A stretch of 64,000 nucleotides of DNA from Strigamia acuminata. Its lineage: Eukaryota. Shown piece by piece: positions 1 through 11,709 of the stretch. Where the stretch lies: NCBI GenBank assembly GCA_949358305.1, contig OX442314.1:11966001-12030000 (forward strand). The letters are read 5' to 3'. Positions within the stretch are counted from its first letter, which is position 1. Each line of letters begins with the position of its first letter. A model generated the notes under the pieces. That model saw only the letters and a program-made list of their open reading frames with translations, ran no database searches and was not told the origin of the DNA. The position numbers and the translations under genes are program-made.

Positions 1-1891
1 AAACCTAGTCCACTTGAAACTCGCATCAAGAAAAAAATTATCAATCAAATGCATTTGGCAATTCAAAAAAAAAATGCAATTGCAGATTCACAGAGAGAGA
101 TATTGCAGCTAAAAGAAAAACCTGTCTTGCAACACCTATTCTATTTAATTCTTATATTTATTTCTGTCCTACTAGCATTCTATGTTAGCACAGAGAGAAT
201 ATCATTTTATCTGACTGAACCAACAAGATTTGTAGTAATTATTCAAGAAAATAACACACTTTATTTGCCTAATGTAATTGCATGTATGGATGGATCCCTG
301 ATGATTCACTACAGGAGAAAATACGCCAAAAATATAGGCACGAATGAATGCAAGATCAATTTTATCAATTTAATGAATATGCCACTCCAAGGAAAAAATA
401 TATCAATAGAGAATGTATGGAGACTTCAAACTCCTGTAGTGGACACTGCTAATATGGAAATAGCTAAGAAAGTAAGTTTTAGATCAAATCATTTTCTAGT
501 TAAGATGGCTGGTTATTCAAAATTAAACAGTACAAAACAGCATTGAAAGATCATTTGGCTGACAAGTGAGTTATTGAGCATTACTCAAACCATGTATAAT
601 TTAAAATGAAGTAACAGGTCGTCTACATCAGGGTTTCTTAAACTTTTCCACTCTTTACCACTTTTTCAACCTGATGCACCCCTGTTGCATTTCCGATTCA
701 TTGTATTGAAATTTTGTAATAACGAAAGTTCGTTACATAGAAATAATTCATAATAGGAAAAGTAACGGGATTTCACCTAAAAACTTCATGTTTGTAAATG
801 TTTTTCAGATAACTAGCATAAAAACTAATGTATCTTGGCATAAAAAACCTATGCACACTGGAACATGCTTCGAATCTGATATCGGTACTGTAGTTTCAAA
901 TTTAGTCAACTATCTAAAATTAAATGGTCATAATTTTTCTCAGCTCCAGTGAAATATGCCGGGACTGCCGCAGTAATATTTTTCGGTTTTTTGCCAAACA
1001 GAGATAAAACCTGCAAGACAGACATGTACGAAGTAATGTATCAATTTTGTAAATAAAATACGCTAAATGACGTATATAATCATCCATTTCTGTACATATG
1101 CCAGCAAAAATTGTTGTAAACAATTAATTTCTACTTTTAGATATACTTGAAACAAGGTGAAGGAAAATTACCATCAATTCTCAGAAGTAGAAGAAATATT
1201 AAACAAAACACATTCACCGTGCTTACATTCAAAATGCTAAACGCAAGTGCCTAAATAATTAGAAATTAAAAATAAAATATTAATAAATTATTTTAATTCA
1301 GAACATTCGATTGAACTTGCATTCGCAACCTTGCCTCGACCCCGACAAATACAAAAGATGTCAGGATGATTGTTACCGCAAAAAGATATATAATATCATC
1401 CCGTGCAAGTGCGTTATAAAAAGAATTGAAAAGACTCTGGTTTTTCTTTGTATACTTGCAAATGCAACATAGTTAAATATTTGTTACAATGTGCTTCATA
1501 CATTTCCATATTTTATATTTTTAGGTTACCATTTTTGGACAACATAAACAAGGATAACTGTACCAATGCAAAAGATGCCCTAACCTCAATGGCATTGTTC
1601 ATGAACAGTTCCTTCAAAATTGATTTAATGAAAGATTGTGGGTGTCACCAACCTTGTGAAGAATCAGTGTTCGACACCTTTGTCTACTTTCAACATCCTG
1701 AATCATGGTCACTCAGAGTTCTCGCCATAATTCCAATGAATAATATAATAGAAGAGATTACGCAAATATTATCCTATAATGGAGTTGCACTGTGCTGCGA
1801 TATTGGAAATTGTTTTGCACTAATGCTCGGTCTTTCTATTCTTGCAATTCCAGAACTCTTGCAGAAGTTTTTTTTCCAATACTTAAATTGA
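1..1891 (+). CDS. Divergent DEG/ENaC (amiloride-sensitive-type) channel subunit. Exons <1-471, 809-884, 944-1032, 1141-1242, 1302-1408, 1525-1891. The 5' end may lie upstream of the window.
   Basis: Spliced frame stays open. It contains TM1 (LFYLILIFISVLLAFYV), a post-TM1 LPNVIAC motif (FPxxTxC-like), HTGTCFE, a Cys-rich thumb (CQDDC...PCKLPF...CGCHQPCEE) and TM2 DIGNCFALMLGLSILAIPE with GxS. Confidence 0.85.
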
Positions 1892-1998
1892 ATAAAAAAT
1901 ACTAACCCATTCATATTCCCATCTTAGCATTACAAAGCCACATGAAATTAAAATCAAATAATACCGACCACCTGCCACAAAAGAAATGGGCATTATAC

Positions 1999-2295
1999 AT
2001 TGGGCCAATATTGGACCTGTATCAGGTATCTTGGGTGTCTGCTGGCCAATATAACCAACCTTAAATCAATATTGATACAATAAAATTGGCCAATATTGTG
2101 AATCCAATATTGAACCAATGTTGGCTAAAGATTGGCAAGCCAATATTGGGTTTCCAAGCCTGAGCCAATCTTGGCCTAATATTGGTAGGTGATATTGGTC
2201 CAATATTAACTAACCATTTGTTAGCCAATATTGGCAGAATCGGGAATCCAATATTGGCTAGCCATGCCTGAACCAATATTGGTTTGATATTGGTA
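1999..2295. repeat. Cluster of palindromic CCAATATTGG-like motifs, probably a subterminal remnant of a DNA transposon
   Basis: Many CCAATATTGG/CCAATAT variants in both orientations. Confidence 0.6.
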
Positions 2296-3218
2296 GATAA
2301 TATAAGGTGCGTTTCATAAATAAGCCACCCGCAAAAATTAGCTTCCCAGAAAAACGATTAAAACAATCACAAAACTGTTTGTTGCACGTGAATATTCATC
2401 AAATTTTACACCTTTTACTCATTTCAAAACAATTCTGAACACAAATAACTGCTTTCACCCTACTTTCTATTGTGGCACCATTTATTCCTGAAATTGTATT
2501 TTATTGTACTATTGTCAAAAATATAATCCTACTCCCTTTTCTAAGTTGTACATGTATACATCCGTTGTCCGTGCCCAATATGTATTACACAATACATGTA
2601 CACCCGTAAACAAAAAAAAACTTCCCTTCAGTTTAACTGTTATAAGTTGATCTATCTGGTGGCATAAAAATCCATGGAGATTCAATGACAGCAATCTTGA
2701 CCCAGTCTTTTTCCTTGCCCTAACTGGGCAAATAAAGAAATCATTAAATCTAAATTGAATTTGCCATCTGGCAGATAAACTTAAAACAGATAAACTGAAG
2801 GAAGTTTTTTTGTCCACAGGTGCGCACAAATTTCTTAATATGCCCCAAGTTTCCCAACTATGTATTTTTCATACGGTATCTGAGAAAATGATCAGACCAC
2901 AATTAAATACATTTAGCAATACCACGAGTATAATGTTCCAGTATGAAAAATTTGGCCAGTATCTATTCATTTGTCCTTTAAATGTCTAAATAAAAACATT
3001 AAAAAAATACTCATTTATTCGTATTAAATTGTTCATATTTATTCATTGCGACCAACTTGAATCTTAAATTAATTCATTCATTAGTGATCAAAAAACAATG
3101 GCGCAAAACTACACAGCAATATTCACAATATTACAGTATTTTCATCATCGTCACTTAGAAAAGAAAAAACATAGTTAATACAGTATACTATATAAAAGGA
3201 CATCCGATGGCTACTTAC

Positions 3219-4771
3219 CGTACTAAACCACTTGAATGGTGGATACCAAACCAGGAAATTCTTGGGACAACGTGAAGTTTTGAACGGAGGACAATTTCTT
3301 AATTTGAGTTTTTTATCAAAACATAGTGTAACTCCGTGTATAAAGTAACGCTTGCTTGTCTATATTATACAAGAATTAAAATATGCGGTAATTATAATAT
3401 TTTCCAATTTTTCGTACAAACCTTACCAACTTTCACTTACCTGCAAGTATAGGCACTCCATTAGCGGTCGAACTTTTAGAACTTTTTTAATGGCATATTC
3501 AATGCTACTTACCTGTTGTTCAACATTAATTTTAATAAAAACAATAACTTGTATATAAATTGTGTATTTTAAATTCAATTTACAAACAATGCGAATTCCA
3601 AATCGGGTTCTATTCCAGAGACTTTGAGAATACTGTTTTTAAAACATAAAAAAAAACGGTTTTGTTTTTAAAAAAATAGACTCAAAAAATAAATACGGTA
3701 GGTGCATTCAAAATTTGTGATAACTGAAACCAATATAATCAAACCTACAACATAGAACTATGTAAGCAGTTACTACACGTAACGTTTTTTTGTAATGGGG
3801 AGAAATATCACCAAAATCATACTTAACTATATGAATTTGCGTGAGATTATTTCTTTTAGATGTCTTTTATGCGAGTTCTACAAGTAAATGCAATAAAAAT
3901 CCATTCACTTCAACCAATAAACACATCATGGCCCACTTGTTTTGAATGCACCTGTTGTTTTTGTTACGCACTTGATCATGTTATATTGTTTTATCCATGC
4001 GATACCCTGCTGAAAATATTGCACCTGTGTTTCTAGATTGGGAAGAGTTGCGGCACAAGTGCCATATTTTCTCCATTCGCGAGCCCTAATTAATAATTCT
4101 GCTGTAGATTTGTTTATTTTTTTGGGTATAATCAAACTACCATAAAGTATGTTCCCGTGTTGAGACATCAACATTCGGCCAGTATTTGTTCAAGTCTGCT
4201 TTTATTGTCTAAATAAGAATAAAAATGTTCATTTTAATTCGTCTCTCATTAAAATGTTGCAACCAACTTGAAACCGAGTAATGTCGAATCGACTGTCACT
4301 ACAAAAGGTGGGACCTGGACGTCCCACTAATGAAGGCCTTTAAACAAAGAAAGATTGGTTTATTAAATAGTTGTTTTCAAAAAAAATAATTTTTGCATTG
4401 ATTACCGTATGCCTTGAACTATCCAACTATCAACATTAACATTAATATAGCACTGGTTTCGCTTGGTCACAAGCTAATCGATGAAAAAACAGTTTAAATT
4501 AAATTCCAGCATTGCAAAGATAAAAATAAACTTTACCAGCCAATGGAGACAAGCTACTGGTGGCCATGACTGAGTAAATGTTAAAAATTCCCAAGAATTA
4601 GATACGCTTGTTTTGTGTATTTCTGATCTGAGAAATGAAATTTCTATTATAACACAATAAATGGTGCAATAACTAGAGTAAAACTTACTGATTTGCAATA
4701 CAAATACTTCCATCAACGTAGCCAGAAAGAAAAAAGCAGAGAATAACCAAAATTATAATACATTTGGCCAT
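3219..4771 (-). CDS. Secreted RNase T2-family protein, copy 1. At least 9 exons; 3' end uncertain. CAS I WIVQGIR, CAS II LWAREWRKYGTC.
   Basis: Signal peptide MAKCIIILVILCFFLSGYVDG, then WEFLTFTQSWPPVAC, YWPNV, EWRKYGTCAATLPNLETQVQYF and LCFDKKLKLRNC. GT-AG splice phases are consistent. Confidence 0.9.
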
Positions 4772-6023
4772 GCTAACGAAATGCTGGGGCTGGGCTGTGG
4801 ATTATTGCTAGAATGTCACAATCAGCTTATTTCAAGCTGATTGTGACATTCTAGAACACCCTTTTTCATTGGTAATTAAATAAAGTATAAGTGAAGCAAA
4901 TGAAATAAAGCATATGCTTCTCTCTATCCAAAACAAAATTCGTATACTCCAAACCGATACAACGTTTTCCAAACTCCTATTGGTTGAGCCGTCTCGCTAG
5001 TGTAGTGGTACAAAAAAGTAGCCCATTACACCAGAATTGTAATCTAACTAGGCAAAACAACCAATAAAAAACTAAACCTTTGTTTACCTGCCAAAAGAAA
5101 CCAACAAGCTAAGCTATGCTAACATTGTTTGATTGATTTAGTTGGAAAAGCAGATTTAGCACATTAATAAACATTTTATTACCAATTAAATAAAATCCAT
5201 CATTCTAATCAATTTTTACACCGAAATTCATTAAAAATAAACATAACTACTTTTCCGCGTAGTAGAGCACAGTCCACAGATAGGCGTAATCCAGCTCAAC
5301 CAATAGGAGTTTGGACAATACAAGGCCACCTGATGCCGAAATGTTTCTACAATCATGGTTTTTTTTTTTATTCGAATTCTTGATTATAATTTATCAAAAT
5401 AAATTGTAATCATTCTTGTTTGGTTGTGTTTATTTTTGTGGAATACATAACTTTTGATTTTTTTATTCAGAAAATTACACCAAGGAAAGAGTACACATAA
5501 TTTAAAAAAATTAACTGTATAAACATATGGAAATGTAGTAGAAAATGTATAAAATGATCGTGTCGGTGCCCAATATGTATTACACAATACATGTACATGG
5601 ACATAAATTTCTTAATATGCCCCAAGTTCCCCAACTGTGTCTTTTTCATTCGGTATCTGGGAAAATGATCAGACCACAATTAAATATATTTAGCAATACC
5701 ACGAGTAAATACATTTAGCAATACCAAGTGTTCGGTTTATCGGCATGAAAAATTTGGCCAGTATCTATTCATCTTTCCTTTAAATGTCTAAATAGAAATA
5801 TTTAAAAAAAAATACTCATTTATTCGTATTGAAGTGTTCATATTTATTCACTGCGACCAACTTGAATCTTAAATTAATTCATTCATTAGTGATCAAAAAA
5901 CAATGGCGCAAAACTACACAGCAATATTCACAATATTACAGTATTTTCATCATCGTCACTTAGAAAAGAAAACACACAGTTAATACAGTATACTATATAA
6001 AAGGACATCCGATGGCTACTTAC

Positions 6024-7495
6024 CGAACTAAACCATTTGAGTGGTGGATACCAAATCAAGATATTCCTAGGACAACGTGAAGTTTTGAGCGGAGGACAAT
6101 TTCTTAATTTGAGTTCTCTATCAAAACATAGTTTAACTTGGTGTATATAGAAACTTTTACTTGTCTATATTATACAGGAATTAAAATATGCGGCAATTAT
6201 AATACTTTCCAATTTTTCGTACAAACCTTACCAACTTTCACTTACCTGCAAGTACAGGCACTCAATTCGCGGACGAACATTTAGAACTTTTTTAATGCCT
6301 TCTTCAATGCTACTTGCCTGTTGTTCAACATTAATTTTAATAAAAACAATAACTTGTATATTAATTGTGTATTTTAAATTTAATTTACAAACAATGCGAG
6401 TTCCATATTGGGTTCTATTCCAGCGATTTTGAGAATACTGTTTTTAAAAAACAAAAAAACGGTTTTTCTAAAAAAAAATGACTCAAAAAATTAATACGGT
6501 AGGTGCATTCAAAGTTTTTGAAAACTTAATGGGGAGAAATAGCACAAAAATTATACTTAACTATAATTGTGCGTGAGATTATTTCTTTTTGATGTCTGTT
6601 ATGCAATAAAAATCCATTCATTTTCAACCAATAAACAAATCATGGCCCACTAGTTTTGAATGCACCTGTTGTTTTTGTTACGCACTTGATCATGTTATAT
6701 TGTTTTATCCATGCGATACCCTGCTGAAAATATTGCAACTGTGTTTCTAGATTGGGAAGAATTGCGGCACAAGTGCCATATTTTTCCCATTCGTGAGCCC
6801 TAATTAATAATTCTGCTGTAGATTTGTTTATTTTTTTTGGGTATAATCAAACTACGGTACCATAAATGTTGTTCCGGTACTGTGGCATCAACATTCGGCC
6901 AGTATTTGTTCATGTCTGCTTTTATTGTCTAAATAAGAATAAAAATGTTCATTTTCATTCGTCTCTCATTAAAATGTTGCAACCAACTTGAAACCGAGTA
7001 ATGTCGAATCGATTGTCACTACAAAAGGTGGGACCTTGATCTCCCACTAATGAAGGCCTTTAAAGAAAGAAAGATTGTTTTTTTAAATAGTTGTTTTCAA
7101 AAAAAATAATTTTTGTATTGATTACCGTATGCCATGAATTATCCAACTATCAACAAAAAGATTAATATCGCACCGTTTTTGGTTTTTCGCAATCTAATCG
7201 ATGAAAAATGTTTAAATTAAATTCCAGCATTGCAAAGATAAAAATAAACTTTACCTGCCAACGGAGACAAGCTATTGGTGGCCATGTCTGAGTAAATATT
7301 AAAAATTCCCAAAAATTAGGTAGGTAGTTTTTGTGTATTTCTGACCTGAGAAAAGAAATTTCCATAAAAACACAATAAATGGTGATATAACTAGCGTAAA
7401 ACTTACTGATTTACAATACTTATACTAGTATTTCCATCAACGAAGCCAGAAAGAAAAAAGCAGAGAATAACCAAAAATATAATACATTTGGCCAT
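6024..7495 (-). CDS. Secreted RNase T2-family protein, copy 2. CAS I WIIHGIR, CAS II LWAHEWEKYGTC.
   Basis: Near-identical duplicate of copy 1 with the same exon structure, a signal peptide and FTQTWPPIAC. Confidence 0.9.
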
Positions 7496-8771
7496 GCTAA
7501 CGAAATGCTGCGGCTGGGCTGTGGATTATTGCTAGAATGTCACAATCAGCGCATTTCAAGCTGATTGTGACATTCTAGCACACCCTTTTTCATTGGTAAT
7601 TAAATAAAGTATAAGTGAAGCAAATGAAATAAAGCATACGCCTCTCTATCCAAAAGAAAATTCATAGGAGTATTATCCAAATACAAGGCCACCTGATGTC
7701 GAAATATGTTTCTACAATCTTGGTTTTTATTTTATATAATTAACCAATTCTTGATTATAATTTATCAAAATAAATTGTAATCATTCTTGTTTGGTTGTGT
7801 TTATTTTTGTAAAATACATAACTTTTGATTTTTTTATTCGGAACATTACACAAGAAAAGAGTACACATAATTTAAAAAATTTTACTGTAACTTAAACATA
7901 TGGAAATATAGTATAAAATGTGTAGTTTTTTTAATATGTAATAAATTTATTTATTGTTTTAAATAATTTATTTTGGTTTTGAATTTATATACATTTCTTT
8001 AAAATAACAGTTCCGCATTACGCTTCCTGCAATGGCGGCGAGAATTCAACCACGAACACAATAAAGGTTTATTGTGTTCGTGATTCAACCATTCATGATT
8101 CAACTACCACCGACAAACGGTAATTTCTTATTGTGTGACTCTATTCTGCCCAAATCCGAAGAAATGGCAACTCCTAATCTAACTCTTAAGCCGTGTCCGA
8201 AGTTTCCTAGTGAAGAGTGAACATTAAATAATTTCTTCCACTAATCGAGTCGTTTTCATATCTGGGGAAAGAAAACTCACTCTAAACAAAACAACGATGT
8301 AAAACCGTTTCAAAATATTACCGTTTCACTACACTATTTTCGACCTAGTTACTAATAAAAAATAAAGATATTAATATATACAAAATGATCGCACCTAAAT
8401 TAAAACTATTTAGCTATACCGTATGTAAATGGGTCTTGATGTATCGACGTGAAACGTTTGTCCAGTATCTATTCATTTGTCCTTTCAAATGTGCCTATAA
8501 ATATAAAAATTTTATAAATGCTCCTTTATTAATAGTTATAGCGACCAACTTGAATCTGGTAGAGGAAATATTAAATTATTCCATTCATTAGTAAAGTTGT
8601 ATTCATGTCCTTAAGAAAAGAAATCAGAGTATAATCAATACAACAATGGAGCAAAACGATACAGCAAAACCTACTGTTTCCCCATCAGTAACCACTAAGA
8701 ATAAATAAAAGAAAAAAAAACAACATAAAAACACGCTGGAATACAAAATAAAAGGTACATCCGATTGTTAC

Positions 8772-11047
8772 TGATTTTCTTGTCCGCCTCTTCAAGTGGT
8801 AGATACCAAACCGAAAAATTCGAGGGACAACGTGAGATTTTTCCTGGAGGACAATCTTTCATTCTGAAGTCTTTATCGAAACATAGTTTAATTTTGTGTA
8901 TATAATGACACTTGTTTGCCTATAGAAATTTATGTGTGTACGGTAATTATAATATTTTCCGATTTTTCGAACGAATTTCGTCAACTTTCACTTACCACCA
9001 CGAACTTGCACTCTACTAGCGGTTGAACATGCAGAACTCTTCTAACGGCTAGTTCAATGTCACGTGCCTATGGTTTAACATTAATATATAAATAAAAAAT
9101 AACTTTATATACCTATTATCAGTGTTGTATCGAACGAGAACTAATAGTTCTAATAGAACGCGAACTAGTTCCCCGTTTTGAAAGAACGGGAAAAACGAAC
9201 GAAGTTCGTTTTTTTGACGCGAACTACGTTCTAGTTCAGTTCTAGTTCGTTCACCGGACGTTTTATGTCACAGCCAATCATTGACGATTTCTTTAAGCAT
9301 GGGGCTCGATTGGAGGAATTTATCCAACACACAAAATCGCGGTATTTTTTGAAATTTACGACTTTTTTCTCGATTTTCGAACACGTGGCGACGATCGCCG
9401 AATTTTCGTTTTCGGTTTTTCGTCGTTTCCGGGCCAACGAACGGTCCGTTTGTTGTGTTCTTGGCACCAAATTGTGCGCCAAGACTTCATCTACAAGGTT
9501 TTGTGGATACTTACAATCGTTTTCGGGCCGAAATTTGGACTTTTTCGTCCGTTCGCGATCGGCGCGATCTCGTAGAATCGGTAGACGTCGCCCTGACGTT
9601 TTCCTTCGAAGGCATGGATCTGCTGGTCGATTGTTGGATTGAAACGGGGCTAACACCCCTGAATCTTCTCGATGAATTGTGGAAACGACTGGGGAAAAAC
9701 AAGGAGAATGGAGACCCCACAGTTTACAGTATAAAATGGTGTAAATAAAAATTTGAATTCGCAAAAAAATATTTGTAAAATGAACTGAACTAGAACTGAA
9801 CTAGAACTGAACTAGAACTTAGTTCACTTGGAGTTTTGGGGGTGAACGGGAACTAGAACTAGTTCCCTAAATTGAAAACGGTGATGAACGCGAACTAGAA
9901 CTAGTTCGCGATTTAGTGAACGAGATACAACACTGCCTATTATAAGTTCAGTTTACAAGCACTCCGGAGTATAAACTGGGTTCTATTCCGTAGATTCTAA
10001 GAACACTGTTTTTAAGAAATAAATTTTTTTTAAAAAAACATTACAGAATAGATAGGTGCATTCAATGTTTATGAGAAAGTTTCTGAAAAAATGTTGAATA
10101 ATTGACCAAAATAAGAAAATAATGAAATGTTAAACGTTTTTGTTTGTTTTGTTTGTAGGTTTTCATCATTTTTTTCTTGATTTTTCTTTTGTTTTGAAGG
10201 CACCTATTTTTTTTGTTACGGACTTGCTCATGTTATATCGTTTTACCCATCGGAGACCCTGCTGAAAATATTGCAACTGAGTTTCCAGGGTGGGATGATT
10301 TGCGGAACAAGTGCCATACTTTTCCCATTCGTGAGCCCTAAATTAAAAATTCTGTTTTAGATTTGTTTATTTTTTCGATTTAAACAAACCACCATAAAAA
10401 ATGTTCCGGTTTTCCGGCGTGAATATTTGGCCAATATTGGTTCAAGTCTGCTCTGATTGACTACACGTAAATTAGAACAAAAATGCTCACTTTTGTTCAC
10501 CTATCATAAAATTTTTGAAACCAACTTGAATCTGATCCGTCTGGAATTTATCCTCACTGCAATAGGTAGGACCATGACCTCTCAATAACGTCGGCCTTTC
10601 AATTATTATTTATTTTTTAAGGAGAAAAAACAAAAGGTTTGTTAATTTTATTTACGGTAAATATATTTGTTAATTGTTTACCATATGCCATGAACTGTCC
10701 AACTATCAACAAAACGGTTAATATAGCACTGGTTTTTCACGTTCGCCATCTACTGAATGAAAAATCAGTTTAAATCAAAATCCAACATTTTGATGAGAAA
10801 AAAAATACTTTACCTGCCACTGAAGACAAGCTGTTGGTGGCCATGACTGAGTAAATATAAAAAAATCCCAATTTGGTGAAAAGTCTATGTTGCGTACTTC
10901 CGAACTGAGAAATGATAACTCCATTATAACACAATAATGGTGCAATAACTAGAGTAAAACGTACCGATTTTCAATATTAATACTCCCATCAACGTATCCG
11001 TAAATCAAAAAGCAGAGAATAACCAGAAATATAATACATTTGGCCAT
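8772..11047 (-). CDS. Secreted RNase T2-family protein, copy 3. CAS I WTVHGIW, CAS II LWAHEWEKYGTC. Has a hAT insertion in intron 7.
   Basis: MAKCIIFLVILCFLIYGYVDG, WDFFIFTQSWPPTAC, YWPNI and LCFDKDFRMKDC; all exons in frame. Confidence 0.9.
9120..9935. mobile_element. Non-autonomous hAT element (816 bp)
   Basis: TIR CAGTGTTGTATC/GATACAACACTG, 8-bp TSD CCTATTAT (9112-9119 and 9936-9943), subterminal GAACTAG repeats. Confidence 0.9.
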
Positions 11048-11709
11048 TGTAAAGAAAGGTTGGATGGGCTGTGGACTATTGCTAGAATGTCACAATCAGC
11101 TTGTTCCAAGCTGATTGTGACATTCTAGCACATCCTTATTGGGAATTCAATAAAACTAAAACATATGCCTCTCTCTCCTAAATAAAATTCATAAAATAAG
11201 AGCAGTTTATATTGAAAGTGCAAGGCCATCTGATGTCGAAATGTTTCTACTTGTTCGAATTCTGATTCCAACATATACAACCTTTGTAAATTATAATTAT
11301 TCTTGTAGGTTGTGTTTATTTTGAAGGATACTTAAGTTTGGATTTTTATTCAGAAAAACAATGTTTTTATTAACTCAATTGAAGAATACAGAACTCGACA
11401 TTACACGAGAAAAGCATATTTAAACCGTGTAGTAGTTTTTAAAGTGTAATAAATTGATTTATTGTTTTAAATCATTTATTTTTGCTTCTGAATTTTTTTT
11501 ATGTATATATTTCTTTAAAATAACAGTTCCGCATTTGTCTTCCTGCAATGGCGGCGCGCATTCAACTACAACCAACAAACGGTAATTTCTTATTGTGTGA
11601 CTCTTTTCCGCCCAAATCCGAAGAAACGGCAACTAACCTAAGCTATGCCCAAAGTTTCCCTAGTGAAACAGTGAACATTAAATAATTCCATCCACTAATC
11701 CACTATTCA

